From positions 1 through 58,644 of the forward strand of contig JBGSUI010000070.1 of the NCBI GenBank assembly GCA_041736175.1: a stretch of DNA of 58,644 bases, read 5' to 3'. Positions 19,701-30,271 of the stretch are shown one piece after another (position 1 is the first letter of the stretch; the number at the start of each line of letters is the position of its first letter). Made by a program: the position numbers and the translations under genes. The stretch comes from Oligoflexales bacterium. GTDB taxonomy: Bacteria > Bdellovibrionota_B > Oligoflexia > Oligoflexales > CAIYRB01. The notes beneath the pieces are model-generated. The model was not told the origin of the DNA, did no database searches, and worked only from the letters and a program-made list of their open reading frames with translations.

Positions 19701-19899
19701 CGGCATCCTCAGGAATCGTCGCGCCTCCCTCTCTCCTGAAGTCCAAGGGAATCCAAGGGAGTCCAAGACAACCAGTGTACGAATCGGATATAATTTTGTA
19801 GCATAGGCCCCTGCAAAAAAGTTCTCCACCGTTGTCCACCGGGTTTTTGGGACTCTGGGCGAGAAATGGCCTAAAACGACGGAGACGGAGGAGGATTCT

Positions 19900-20949
19900 T
19901 TGCTCTACTTGCTGGGTGAATGGCTACAGTCTGCTTTCGGGCCCATGCGGCTCATGACCTCCCATCTTTTTTTGGGCGGATTGAGCTTTTTCTTGTGTTT
20001 TGGCGTCACCTTTCATGCGCTTCCCCGCCTGATGGACAAGCTCCCTCGGGACCGGGGCCGGGCCCATGCCGTCCAGGCCACCGTCGCCCAGGGAAAACCC
20101 ACCGGAGCTGGGGTGATTTTTGTAACGATTTTCACTTTAATTATGATTTTATGCTTACCTCCTACCTTGCCAACGATCGCGATCTTAGTCCTTAACTATG
20201 GCGCCATGCTTTCAGGCTGGCTTGATGACAAGTCAAAAGATTCTTGGAACGAGTATAAAAAAGGTTTGATCGATCTGGTCTTGGCAGGATTGACCGCCGC
20301 AATCCTCTGCGAGTTTGGACCTAAGACCATTTGGCTGCCCCTTACTAAACTTACCATAACCATATCTCCATGGATCTTTACGATTCTTGGTGCCATCTTG
20401 ATATGGGCCGTGATCAACTCGACCAACTGCACCGATGGAGTGGATGGTCTATCAGGGACTCTCTCGTCGATTGCCTTTACCAGCCTGGGAGGGCTGCTAT
20501 ACTTTGTCTTAGGGCATAAGGAAATTGCTGACTACCTGCTCTTGCCCCATTATCCCGATGGTGCGATCTGGGGAATTATGGCGACCTCTATAGTGGGCAC
20601 CATTTTGGGATACCTTTGGTACAATGCTCATCCCAGTGTGCTGCTGATGGGTGATGCGGGATCTCGGTCTCTAGGATTTTTGCTGGGAGTGTTGGTCATC
20701 AAGACGGGAAACCCCTTTATCGTGTTTCTGGTTTCCGGGGTTCTTCTCGTCAACGGGGGGACGGGCTTGATCAAGGTGGCTCTCCTAAGGTTTGCAAAAA
20801 TCGCAATCTTTAGGACGGTTCGCTTTCCCCTTCACGATCATATGCGGCACAAACTGGGATGGTCCAATCCCCAGGTGCTGATACGCTTCACAGTGCTGCA
20901 AATCATGATGACGCTGTTTGCTTTAGTGATTTTGATTAAGGTGCGGTAG
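19900..20949 (+). CDS. mraY: Phospho-N-acetylmuramoyl-pentapeptide transferase (atypical MraY)
   Basis: GWLDD, NCTDGVDGL, LWYNAHPS..LMGDAGS; GGAGG SD before the TTG start. Confidence 0.85.
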   Translation: MLYLLGEWLQSAFGPMRLMTSHLFLGGLSFFLCFGVTFHALPRLMDKLPRDRGRAHAVQATVAQGKPTGAGVIFVTIFTLIMILCLPPTLPTIAILVLNYGAMLSGWLDDKSKDSWNEYKKGLIDLVLAGLTAAILCEFGPKTIWLPLTKLTITISPWIFTILGAILIWAVINSTNCTDGVDGLSGTLSSIAFTSLGGLLYFVLGHKEIADYLLLPHYPDGAIWGIMATSIVGTILGYLWYNAHPSVLLMGDAGSRSLGFLLGVLVIKTGNPFIVFLVSGVLLVNGGTGLIKVALLRFAKIAIFRTVRFPLHDHMRHKLGWSNPQVLIRFTVLQIMMTLFALVILIKVR

Positions 20950-21095
20950 GCTAGGGCCGATATAGTTTATCACAGCACTGTTATGGATTTTTTCTTCTGA
21001 GGTCGTATTCATTCCATTTAACCTCGATTAATTTATGGTTTTCTTCGATTAATTTCTTGGCTCGCTTGATCGTATGAAAGTAGGCTTTCTTAAAG

Positions 21096-22166
21096 CTACG
21101 CTCCCACACCCTGAATTTTAAGCAGCATATTGTCACGGCGCGACGCCTGGGATAGGGCTTCTTCCGAGCTGATAATCCCAGCTTGCATAAGCTCCAAGAG
21201 TGAGTCGTCAAAGGACATCATGCCGTAGGTGTCGCCTCCCTGGGCGATGATTTGGTATAGGCCGTTAAAATCGTCTGCCTTTAAGATGGTCTCTTTGACG
21301 TTGGCATTCGAAATCAAAATTTCGTTTGCTGCTGTCATCCCGCGACCGTCGGCGGTTTTGACAAGCCGCTGGGAAATAATAGCGATCAGCGCATGGGAGA
21401 GCACCTGTCTAAGGTTGGAGTGGGAATGGGGAGGAAAATAGCTTAAAAGGCGGGTGAGCGCCTCCACAGCATCGATGGTGTGGAGGGTGGAAAAGACGAG
21501 ATGACCTGTTTCGGCAGCCATCAAAGCCGTCTCGGTGGTTTCTTTGTCCCGAAGTTCGCCGACAAAGATCACATCAGGATTTTGTCTTAATGCAGCTCTC
21601 AAGGCAATCGCAAAAGACTCGGTGTCTTGGCCAACTTCTCGCTGGTTGATGGTAGACTGTTCGTCTTTAAAGTTAAATTCGATAGGGTCTTCGATGGTGA
21701 TGATATGGGACGCTTGTTCCATATTGATTTTTTGAATCATCGCGGCAAGAGTTGTGGATTTTCCTGAACCAGTGGCTCCTGTGACCAGGATAAGACCCCG
21801 CTTTTGGAGGGTGAGCGTGCCGAGGATGGCAGGGAGCTGGAGTTCTTCGAGAGATTTAATATGGCTTGAGATCACCCTCAAGACGAGGCCATAGGCAGCC
21901 CGTTGTCTAAACAGATTGACCCGAAACCGGTGGCCCCCTGGGGCCTGGTAGCTAAAGTCGCAGTCCCCTTTAACCCGCTTTTCTAGGAGTTGCCGTGGCA
22001 AGATCTTGTCGATCCAAAGGTCCATGATCTCGGGAGTGACCGTACTGCCATCGCTAAGGGAGACCAATTTGCTGTTAAACCGAAATCGCGGAATCTCCCC
22101 CGTTTTGAGGATGACATCGCTGGCACCGCCGCGGACGGCTACCTTAAGTAGTTTATCGAGATCCAT
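21096..22166 (-). CDS. pilT: PilT/PilU-family type IV pilus retraction ATPase
   Basis: GATGSGKSTT, TIEDPIE, ALRQNPDVIFVGELRD, ETGHLVFSTLHT. Confidence 0.9.
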   Translation of the reverse strand: MDLDKLLKVAVRGGASDVILKTGEIPRFRFNSKLVSLSDGSTVTPEIMDLWIDKILPRQLLEKRVKGDCDFSYQAPGGHRFRVNLFRQRAAYGLVLRVISSHIKSLEELQLPAILGTLTLQKRGLILVTGATGSGKSTTLAAMIQKINMEQASHIITIEDPIEFNFKDEQSTINQREVGQDTESFAIALRAALRQNPDVIFVGELRDKETTETALMAAETGHLVFSTLHTIDAVEALTRLLSYFPPHSHSNLRQVLSHALIAIISQRLVKTADGRGMTAANEILISNANVKETILKADDFNGLYQIIAQGGDTYGMMSFDDSLLELMQAGIISSEEALSQASRRDNMLLKIQGVGA

Positions 22167-24070
22167 GATGAGCTCCTTTTTTTAAGATGAGTCCCGTACA
22201 CCAATAACGGGATTCCCATGGCTACGAGATAGGAGAGGTAGGCCCAAAAGTTGGTATTTTGAGAAACATCCTTTTGGAGAGCAATAACGCCACATCCCCC
22301 AGCCTTTTGCGTGCTAGACTTGGGTCCTTGGTTTATTTTGCTCGCTCTGGCTAAGGATTTTTGGGCGAGTTGGGGCAAGTCCAGATTGCAGGGCTCGCCG
22401 TCAAAGTCACCGAGGTATCCCGCAAAGCCAAGGCCGACAGCTTCTTCGAGGATGGCACAGTCTTCAGACCTGAGGGCTGAGGCGGCCCCAGGGCTCTCTT
22501 GCCTTTGAGACTCGACGACAAGATCCCGGTCACCACGGACCATCCCTAAAAGGGCGTCTTTGATACCAGCTCGTGGTCCCCCGTAGAGGATCATGCTCCG
22601 GACCCACTGGAGGACTCGTTGATGACCGACTCTTTCTCCGAGGCGCCAAAGGAGAGCCGACCAGTACTGGCCTTTGATATGATTTCCTGCCTTAGGACTT
22701 AAAACATCAAACCGAAGATTGGGACTGAGCAGTGCCGTCCGCAGATAGGGAGCCCCAGGAACGATGGATTCTGCCAGGTAAGGATCGTTGCTTTGAACAT
22801 AGGTCAGATAATCCGCAGTCCCTTCGTGGAGCATTCCAGACTCTCCTTGGGACGATTTGATCCCTCGAAAGATGATATGATGGGCTAGCTCATGGGTGAC
22901 CACATCTCGGTCGCGGGCAAGGCTGTCAAATCGGTCGTTACGGGCAATGACCACGGCAGGACCTTCCGGAGCTGGCAAGTAAACTGCATTGTCATTTCGA
23001 CCGTTGATCGTTCCGCCGACAAAAATCGAAATTGATTTTAAAACAGGGCCTGGATCCGGACCAAAATTCTGATGCAACCACTTTAAGGAACGTGTCGCAT
23101 AGTAGTAGGTCTGAACCTGATCAAAGGCTGATTTTTCGGGATCGTGATTGGGATCATACGCGAATTCTTGGTCAGGAATCGACGCTCTTGTCTGCTCTTC
23201 AGGGGACCCGCCTTCTTTGGCACCCCAGACTGTAAATAAGGTGCTGTCTAGGAAATTTGTAGATTTTAGGTCTTCAAGGGGGACCTTAATCAGGGCGCCC
23301 TCTTTGGGATTTTTATCGTAGACGGAGGTCATGTCAAAACGGGTGACCTCCCCATAAATCCGATCGCCGAGGGTTCCGTGGACCAGGATTGATTCTTGAC
23401 CCCAACCTGGACTTCCAGTGATCACCTCCCAGCATGTGACCGGCTTGCCCTCTATTAAGACAATGACTGGTCTCATCGATCTGATTTCACGAAACCCTGT
23501 CCGTGCCTGAAACCGGTCCCAGGCTTCGTTTAGGAGAGGGGTGGGGTTGGTGGGCCAGTCGCTTAGCAGAGGCCATTTCGCCCGGACCATTTGGATTCCC
23601 AGTTGGTCGGATTCATGGACTTTGAGAAAGGCTCCGTAAACGTCCAGGTCCCCTAGGCGCAGCTGATAGGTTTTGTGAAAAACCCCCTGATAGATCGTCT
23701 GTTCTACCAGCTGCAGTCGATAGGGAGAATCTGGTTTTTCAAGCTCCCGGTTAAGGACGGGGTCCACGGACTCCATGATCTCGCTGAGAGAAAGGTCCTG
23801 GGCTCCAAGGAGGTTGTCTTTAAGCTGAAAGCTTGAGGAGCGAAGTCCCTCAGCCACGAGGACTTCGGGTAGCCCATGGGGATCTATAAATCCAGCCTCT
23901 GGCTGGGTGTTTTCTTGGAGACGCAGATCAAAGTCCCCCGTCAAACCTAGAGATGATGAGCTTCCGATAAAGGTTGCAAGACCCATGGCGACCCAAGAGT
24001 ACGGGAGTCTTAATAGTTCATAAATTTTAATATATTTACCCAATCGACCAAATACTCCACAAACAATCAA
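22139..24070 (-). CDS. Secreted thermolysin-like (M4/M36) zinc metallopeptidase with C-terminal GGCG-TM anchor; start uncertain
   Basis: DNAVY, VVTHELAHH, LHEGTADY; C-terminal GGCGVI + TM + KKR. Confidence 0.8.
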   Translation of the reverse strand: MIVCGVFGRLGKYIKIYELLRLPYSWVAMGLATFIGSSSSLGLTGDFDLRLQENTQPEAGFIDPHGLPEVLVAEGLRSSSFQLKDNLLGAQDLSLSEIMESVDPVLNRELEKPDSPYRLQLVEQTIYQGVFHKTYQLRLGDLDVYGAFLKVHESDQLGIQMVRAKWPLLSDWPTNPTPLLNEAWDRFQARTGFREIRSMRPVIVLIEGKPVTCWEVITGSPGWGQESILVHGTLGDRIYGEVTRFDMTSVYDKNPKEGALIKVPLEDLKSTNFLDSTLFTVWGAKEGGSPEEQTRASIPDQEFAYDPNHDPEKSAFDQVQTYYYATRSLKWLHQNFGPDPGPVLKSISIFVGGTINGRNDNAVYLPAPEGPAVVIARNDRFDSLARDRDVVTHELAHHIIFRGIKSSQGESGMLHEGTADYLTYVQSNDPYLAESIVPGAPYLRTALLSPNLRFDVLSPKAGNHIKGQYWSALLWRLGERVGHQRVLQWVRSMILYGGPRAGIKDALLGMVRGDRDLVVESQRQESPGAASALRSEDCAILEEAVGLGFAGYLGDFDGEPCNLDLPQLAQKSLARASKINQGPKSSTQKAGGCGVIALQKDVSQNTNFWAYLSYLVAMGIPLLVYGTHLKKRSSSWISINYLR

Positions 24071-24283
24071 AGTTTAGTTACTAATTTCATGTCATTCAGT
24101 GTTGTCCGCCTCCCAAAAAACAGCGGCTGACCATTGTTTGTCGGATTAAAAAAATAAAGTTTAATGATTCGTTATAAATATATTTAATTTGTAACAAAAT
24201 TAGCAGGCCTCCCGTAAGACGAGAAATTTAGCTACAATAAGAAAGACCCACCCTCGAGCAGGAAAACACCACCCCTTACCAGG

Positions 24284-24787
24284 ATGATTGGAATGAAGCG
24301 ATGTTGGAGAATTCACAAAATTCTCGCAAATTATGGCGAATCTCGCCTGGTGATCTCTCTCCTGGTGTTTTCTTTCACTCCGGGGCACCTTTTTGCTAAG
24401 CCCCGCAATAAACCCCAGCATTCCTCCTCCCGGAGCGGGGTTTTTGACCTGGAGCGGTTACCCATCGGCAAAAACGTCACCTTTCCCAGACCAGCCACCA
24501 CCATAGTACCAGCCCTAGCCAGGGTCCAATTCACGGGGACCGATATGCCCCAAAGCCTTAGCCTTAAGGCCGTCGGAGCCCAAGGGGGGAACCTTGGGAA
24601 TGGGAGCCTCAGGATCTCCATCTACGACCCAAATGCGGAGCGGGTGATTCATACGGAAATCCACGGAGATACCGTGTATCTTTACCATCTCAGAGACCTA
24701 AGGCCGATCTTGGTGCTCACCGAAGGTGGAGATCATCGCCTTAAGTTACAGGTGGAAAGCAATAAGCCCCTGGATATCGGTCGTTAA
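24284..24787 (+). CDS. Hypothetical protein
   Basis: ORF with a signal-like hydrophobic segment. Confidence 0.6.
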   Translation: MIGMKRCWRIHKILANYGESRLVISLLVFSFTPGHLFAKPRNKPQHSSSRSGVFDLERLPIGKNVTFPRPATTIVPALARVQFTGTDMPQSLSLKAVGAQGGNLGNGSLRISIYDPNAERVIHTEIHGDTVYLYHLRDLRPILVLTEGGDHRLKLQVESNKPLDIGR

Positions 24788-24794
24788 GGGTCTT

Positions 24795-26075
24795 TCAACA
24801 ATAGACGGCGTTTTCCCGGTTGGGCCCGGTCCCGACCATGGTCACTTTGGCGCCCACCAGCCGCTCAACCCCTTTGATATAGATGCGGGTTTCTTCAGGA
24901 AGGTCGGCAAACCGTCCCGACGCTGGCAATTCCTGAGACCAGCCTTTAAAAGACTCGTAGATGGGAGTGCACTGGGCCAGGACCTCAGCATCCCAGGGAA
25001 GCTCGAGGATTTTGCCTTTTTCCGGATGGTGGTAGGCCGTCGCCACCTTGATCTCTTTAAGGCCGGTGAGGACATCGAGCTTATTGAGGATCACCGCATC
25101 GAGCCCGCTGACTTCGACTACATAGCGTAGGGCCACGGCGTCGAGCCAACCCACCCGCCGCGGGCGGCCTGTGGTGGCTCCGAATTCTTGTCCACGGTGG
25201 GCAATCTGCTTGCCGATATCATCTTTGAGTTCTGTAGGGAAAGGTCCCTCTCCCACACGGGTGACATAGCCTTTTGCAACTCCAATGGCCTGGGACACAA
25301 GCCGCGGAGCGAGACCGATGCTGGCCACCGCTCCTCCAGTCCCCGTGCTGCTCGCTGTCACATAGGGATAGGTGCCGTGGTCGATATCCAGAAGGGTTCC
25401 TTGGGCGCCTTCCACAAGGAGCTTTTTGCCGCTCTGGGCTGCATGGCGGATCCGCGACTCGGCGTCACAGACAAAAGGCGCAAGCCGGGCTGCGGCCCCT
25501 AAAAACTTTTGCCATTGGTCTTGGGTGTCTCGGTAAAAATCCTTAAAACCCGGAGCATTTTCCATCATCCGCTCGATCCATTCCTGGCAGGTGCGGACTT
25601 GGACATAATGACCCATCCGCAGTCCAATGCGGGAGGCCTTGTCGGCATAGGTCGGGCCGATTCCCCGTTTTGTCGTGCCGATAGGCTGGGTGGTCTTAGA
25701 TTCGCTCACCCCATCTAAGTGGATATGCCAGGGGGTGATCACATGGGCCCGCGCTGAGATCCAAAACCGATCAGGAGTGACATCAGCCGATCGGGCGATA
25801 ATCCGGTCCAGCTCAATCACGAGTTCTGACGGATTGATGACCACACCTGACGAAATCGCGCAGGTCTGGGAGGGGTGAAAAATCCCGCTGGGGATTTGGT
25901 GGAGGACGATTTTTTGTCCTTCGACAAAAAGGGTATGGCCAGCGTTATTACCCCCCTGGTAACGGACCACGAGGTCTGCCCCTCCTTCACCTGCTAAGAT
26001 ATCGATCCACTTGCCTTTTCCTTCATCCCCCCACTGGGCTCCAACTAAAACTGTGACGTGGGAAAATTGTGACAT
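24795..26075 (-). CDS. purA: Adenylosuccinate synthetase
   Basis: GAQWGDEGKGK, GGNNAGHT, EFGATTGRPRR. Confidence 0.98.
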   Translation of the reverse strand: MSQFSHVTVLVGAQWGDEGKGKWIDILAGEGGADLVVRYQGGNNAGHTLFVEGQKIVLHQIPSGIFHPSQTCAISSGVVINPSELVIELDRIIARSADVTPDRFWISARAHVITPWHIHLDGVSESKTTQPIGTTKRGIGPTYADKASRIGLRMGHYVQVRTCQEWIERMMENAPGFKDFYRDTQDQWQKFLGAAARLAPFVCDAESRIRHAAQSGKKLLVEGAQGTLLDIDHGTYPYVTASSTGTGGAVASIGLAPRLVSQAIGVAKGYVTRVGEGPFPTELKDDIGKQIAHRGQEFGATTGRPRRVGWLDAVALRYVVEVSGLDAVILNKLDVLTGLKEIKVATAYHHPEKGKILELPWDAEVLAQCTPIYESFKGWSQELPASGRFADLPEETRIYIKGVERLVGAKVTMVGTGPNRENAVYC

Positions 26076-26311
26076 AGGGTTGCAACCTCTCGGGAAAGAT
26101 GGGCGTTTGCCGAGGAGGAGCCAGCTTTTGTGGCAATGAGATCCCCAGCAGGGTGTCTCTTGACCTTGTACTTTATTTTGGGTCGCCCGTTAAGTCTTTC
26201 GTCCGTCTCCACGCCGATTATTAAGGAGCCAGGTCGATTTTTAGGAAAAAGACCTTAGCTCCCCTTGATTCCTCTATAAAAGCTCTCCATCATCTTTCAC
26301 TGGGGATGTCC

Positions 26312-26485
26312 CTAAATTTTTCGGGACGGATCGAGCCCCTCACCAATCTCCTCGTCATCGTTATAATGATTGATGGAAAAATCCAGTTCGAAAAGATCAT
26401 CACTGTTAAACTCCTCCTCTATAAAATTTTGTACCAGTTTAAGTGTAAAAAACTCCTCTTTGTTTGGTTTGACCGAAAGTTGCAT
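26312..26485 (-). CDS. Small acidic hypothetical protein (57 aa)
   Basis: AGGAGG SD upstream of ATG 26485; D/E-rich. Confidence 0.5.
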   Translation of the reverse strand: MQLSVKPNKEEFFTLKLVQNFIEEEFNSDDLFELDFSINHYNDDEEIGEGLDPSRKI

Positions 26486-26843
26486 AGCGTTTGCCCTCCT
26501 TTTAAGGCCTCCCTCCAACACTTACGGCTAACACCTTCGGCGGTCTGCGAGACCGAATCCATCTTAGCTTAAATATCCAATTGATTGGATAAGTTAACAG
26601 GGTGATTTACCAGAACGTCTAAGAGCAAAAATATCCGCTTTTTAAAAATCCTGTGCGGATTTTAGACAGTGGGTGCCAATAACACTGACGTTTTATAGCT
26701 AGCAAGAGAGCTGCAAATCGAATTTTTTCCCGACATATTGGCGTGATATCTCCAGCGGCTTTTTAGGACCAAACTTTGCAGACATGCCATCGATGGGTAC
26801 GGAAACCTGAGAAAACGAGTTCACTGGACGAGGAGTCGATTTA

Positions 26844-28556
26844 ATGAAGCAGATCGTAGTAAATCATCATAACATTGTTTTTATGGGTGTTCTTACAAGT
26901 GGTTTGACCCTGGGCTGTAAATTTGGCGGGGGAGATGCTGCTGGAAATCGTGGCGATAACGATTCGATTGTCGCAGCAATCGGGGGTATTTCTGACGAAG
27001 ATATCAAGAAAAACCCTAATTATAAACTGTTTTGTAAAGACCCTTCCAGCAAAAATCGTGCTCCCCTTACGGGAGCAGTCCAGGACAACACAAAAATCGT
27101 GTTTGCCAATGCCTCGGAAGTCAAACCCAACGATACCTGCTCTTTCGAGGTAAGCCTCCCCAATGCTGCGGATACCAAGTATAAGGATTGGGAGTGGTTT
27201 GCGTTTAAAGGCTCTGAAAAGGTGGTGGGCTTGATGTATGGATCTGAGCTTGCCAAGGTCACAAGTGACCGCAAGCTAGAGGTGAAAGTTTTAAAAGTCT
27301 ATTCAGAACCAACTCCTGGTGGGTTTAAGGCTCTCATCAAGGTGACCTTGCCCCAGGACGACCAGTCGCCCCTATCGGCGAGCCTTACCTGCGAAGGCAA
27401 TCTGTCGGCGTCGGGAACGGTCACCAACGCTGGGGAGACGGGTGCAAACCGTACCGTCGAGATTTCTCTAAGTGATAAGTTTTTTAATAAAAAATGCTCT
27501 GACCTGTCCCTCCTCGCAGGCAGCGTGGCCAAATACTCCATCAAGGGAATGGGTGATGTGGATTTTGCGGGGGCTAAAGCCAAAGATACCCTCGAGTTTC
27601 CGAAGAACTTTAAGACCGACGGCAAACGTTACACCCTCGGTGTCCAGTCCGTTGGAGATCTGGTTCCCGAGTTTAAAGATGGCGGATCTTGTAAGAATTT
27701 TGATGCTGTCAAAAACGTCTGCCTTGACGCCACCACATCATCCACAAATAGTAGTAGCAATAAGACCAATCAAAATATCATCGCCAGATTGGTCGTGGAC
27801 GAAGCTGGAAAACCAAATGTTGTCTATGTTTCAGGTCCTGGTAAAGGGGGCCTCGGAGTCCTGCCAGCGGGGAGTGCTCTGGATATTAAGGATTTTGCCC
27901 AAGGGGCCACGGCCGGAAACCCCAGTTATAACTTTTATAGTGCCTTTGATTTTGTGACGACCCTAGGCAAGAAGGAATTTTCTAATGCCATGCGTGACGG
28001 CTCGGAGCAGATCCTCAAGGACAAAAAACTTAAGCCAGAAAACGTCAAAAACCTCAAGTTTGTCAAAATCGAAAGATACTGGGTCCACGGATTTCATGCG
28101 CTCGGTGACCGCATGGATCTGGATAAGACGGTCAATCCAATCTGGTTTGGTATATTAACCCTTAAAAAAGAAGGTCAATCTCATCAGGTTTTAGTGACAG
28201 GACCAATCGATGGGTTTCAGTCCAAAGACAAAGTGACTGATCAGTGGGTCTATTTTGACTGGGCGACTCTCGTCAAACAAGCCCAGGCTAAGGCCCTCAA
28301 TAACTGGAGAGTTTACGCTCTGAGTCAGTCCGGCCTTAAATCCCAAGCAGCTAACCCCACAGAGTGTGAAAAGAAAAAACTATCACTCAACGGCATGATG
28401 GACACGATCGGTGTGATGACCAAAGAAGATCTACCCGGTGTGTCAAGTTACATTGCGGATTGTCGTCTTAAGGCTGACAAGGTGACCCCTTTCGATGGTG
28501 GCTGGGAAGTGACAAGTGCCCAATTTTATCATTGGACCTGGTATGATGGTAAATAG
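26844..28556 (+). CDS. Hypothetical lipoprotein
   Basis: Lipobox-like TLGC; GAGGAG SD; 570 aa. Confidence 0.75.
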   Translation: MKQIVVNHHNIVFMGVLTSGLTLGCKFGGGDAAGNRGDNDSIVAAIGGISDEDIKKNPNYKLFCKDPSSKNRAPLTGAVQDNTKIVFANASEVKPNDTCSFEVSLPNAADTKYKDWEWFAFKGSEKVVGLMYGSELAKVTSDRKLEVKVLKVYSEPTPGGFKALIKVTLPQDDQSPLSASLTCEGNLSASGTVTNAGETGANRTVEISLSDKFFNKKCSDLSLLAGSVAKYSIKGMGDVDFAGAKAKDTLEFPKNFKTDGKRYTLGVQSVGDLVPEFKDGGSCKNFDAVKNVCLDATTSSTNSSSNKTNQNIIARLVVDEAGKPNVVYVSGPGKGGLGVLPAGSALDIKDFAQGATAGNPSYNFYSAFDFVTTLGKKEFSNAMRDGSEQILKDKKLKPENVKNLKFVKIERYWVHGFHALGDRMDLDKTVNPIWFGILTLKKEGQSHQVLVTGPIDGFQSKDKVTDQWVYFDWATLVKQAQAKALNNWRVYALSQSGLKSQAANPTECEKKKLSLNGMMDTIGVMTKEDLPGVSSYIADCRLKADKVTPFDGGWEVTSAQFYHWTWYDGK

Positions 28557-28600
28557 TCCTACCTTGAGATCTACCAATCACAAATAATTACGAATTAAAT

Positions 28601-28636
28601 AAATTCCGGGACTCCAACTAAAGGTCCTGGAATTTT
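28601..28636 (+). terminator. Putative intrinsic terminator
   Basis: AAATTCCGGGAC...GTCCTGGAATTTT stem-loop. Confidence 0.55.
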
Positions 28637-28665
28637 AGGTTATTACAACCTTGTCTTTAGACACC

Positions 28666-28692
28666 TCAAGTTTGATGTAGGAAGTCCGATAG
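28666..28692 (+). promoter_or_regulatory. Putative sigma28 promoter
   Basis: TCAAG-N14-TCCGATAG. Confidence 0.6.
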
Positions 28693-28739
28693 GAGATGAG
28701 TGTTTTGCGAATCCATACACCTAAGGGGAGGGTGTTTCC

Positions 28740-29021
28740 ATGACCCAGTCAAAGTCAAAAAGTCAAAAAGAGCTAAGGCTCATGCGCAATGCTGACATCC
28801 TGCGCCGCATGCGCAACGGGGATCCACTGAATGCAGTCGACAGCAAAGCTAGCTGGTTTCCACCAAGGCCGATTATTAAAAAAGATCTTGTGGAGATGGC
28901 AAGACTCTATTCAGACGCACCCACAGGCGGAAAAAATCGGTGGCCTGACCCGTCTCTAAGATCCGTCGAGACCAATGTCGCGTCTTCGGATGATTTAGGG
29001 CCGGTGACGGAAGCGGGATGA
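28740..29021 (+). CDS. Hypothetical protein
   Basis: GGAGG SD; upstream promoter motif. Confidence 0.6.
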   Translation: MTQSKSKSQKELRLMRNADILRRMRNGDPLNAVDSKASWFPPRPIIKKDLVEMARLYSDAPTGGKNRWPDPSLRSVETNVASSDDLGPVTEAG

Positions 29022-29031
29022 CTCTCACAGG

Positions 29032-30054
29032 TTAGAGCCGCCAATAGAAGCTGATATCCGACGCCGGCTGGACTCCAGCGGTGTCGATCAGTTCATCGTC
29101 AAGGTCTCGGCCCGTCAGCACAAAGTACTGGAGGCCCACGCCGAGGCGGCTTTGAAACTGTGGCCAAATCCATTGGTGGGCGACGGTAAGACGAAAAAAA
29201 TTGCTTCGCAACTCCTCGATGTCGTTGCGTTCGATCCGGGTGGTGACGAGCACCTTGTTGCCGTTAGCCCGGGTGAACTCACCGGTGAGTTGAAACCGCT
29301 CTTGGGATAGTCCACTGACCGACTGGACCTGAAGGGATTGGGAGGTCAGAGATGAGGTTTCTGAGGCGACCTTTTCTTGATTTTCTTTGGGAGCGCTCGT
29401 ATCGCCGTCACCCTCCGCCTTTTCGGAAGTCGATTCAGGCGAGGCCGGCGTTGTGGTGGGTTTGGGCCGAGGCTCCTGGGTCCGTTTATCCCGAGAGTCG
29501 TAGTCCGACCCCGAGTGCTTTGTCTCCCAAAGCTTGCGACGCCCCTTTTCGCTGAGTTGGACCTGGACGCGACCAAGGCCTTTAGCCCAAAAAGTATGAA
29601 GCTTAAGCCGTGGCGAGAGCTGCTGAGTCCAGCTCACGGATGGACGAATCACCCGGGCCGAAAGGCTTATAAAATGCTCTCGAGCGCTTCCCCAGAGGAG
29701 GGTATCCCGGTCAAGGGCTGCGAGTTTAAGGCCAAAAGCCCAAAGATGGCTGCCTTGGGATGCAATCAAAAATTTAGTCTGAAAGGTTGCGACTCCCACG
29801 ACTAAGGCAGTCATGTCGGTCCCCACCATCCACCGATCTGTCACGCCACCGTCTAAGTCGGTTCCGATCTTAAACTCGTGGCGCCCGAGGGTCGACGCAG
29901 TAAACTCCTCCACCAAAGTAAAGCGAGGATGTAGTTCCGTAGCGAGAGGTTCGGAAGATGCCGCGGCGGCGTCAGCCTGGGGCAGCGCCGTGAGGGAGGT
30001 CACGAGACCCTGGGCAGCCAATAGGAGTAATGTTAGCAAATTTGGTTGCCGCAT
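29032..30054 (-). CDS. Hypothetical secreted/outer-membrane protein
   Basis: Signal peptide; amphipathic beta strands; C-terminal ISFYWRL. Confidence 0.65.
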   Translation of the reverse strand: MRQPNLLTLLLLAAQGLVTSLTALPQADAAAASSEPLATELHPRFTLVEEFTASTLGRHEFKIGTDLDGGVTDRWMVGTDMTALVVGVATFQTKFLIASQGSHLWAFGLKLAALDRDTLLWGSAREHFISLSARVIRPSVSWTQQLSPRLKLHTFWAKGLGRVQVQLSEKGRRKLWETKHSGSDYDSRDKRTQEPRPKPTTTPASPESTSEKAEGDGDTSAPKENQEKVASETSSLTSQSLQVQSVSGLSQERFQLTGEFTRANGNKVLVTTRIERNDIEELRSNFFRLTVAHQWIWPQFQSRLGVGLQYFVLTGRDLDDELIDTAGVQPASDISFYWRL

Positions 30055-30271
30055 AGACTAAAAGGTGCTCCTTATAGTATCAGAAACCAATGCCTACGGG
30101 GACGATCCCCAAAGGTGGGACGCCTCAGGGGAGTCTCGTGTCTCAAAAAAGGTTAGCCCATCTTTGATCCTATGAGCAAGCCCGAGGTCTAAAAACGTGA
30201 TGTTCTTAACCATCCCCCCCACCCCCCGACCCCCTCTCACTTTGCAAGTGTGGTCCAGATAGGAGTTTTCA

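Noticed and set aside
19741..19770. 3x 10-bp repeat (TCCAAGGGA); similar short repeats at ~40740-40773 and ~47328-47358
   Set aside because: Too short and degenerate; consistent with slippage, no functional evidence.
26076..26843. tRNA or riboswitch in long intergenic regions (also 35960-36320)
   Set aside because: No cloverleaf, T-loop or recognisable aptamer consensus found by eye; an Infernal/Rfam scan would be decisive.
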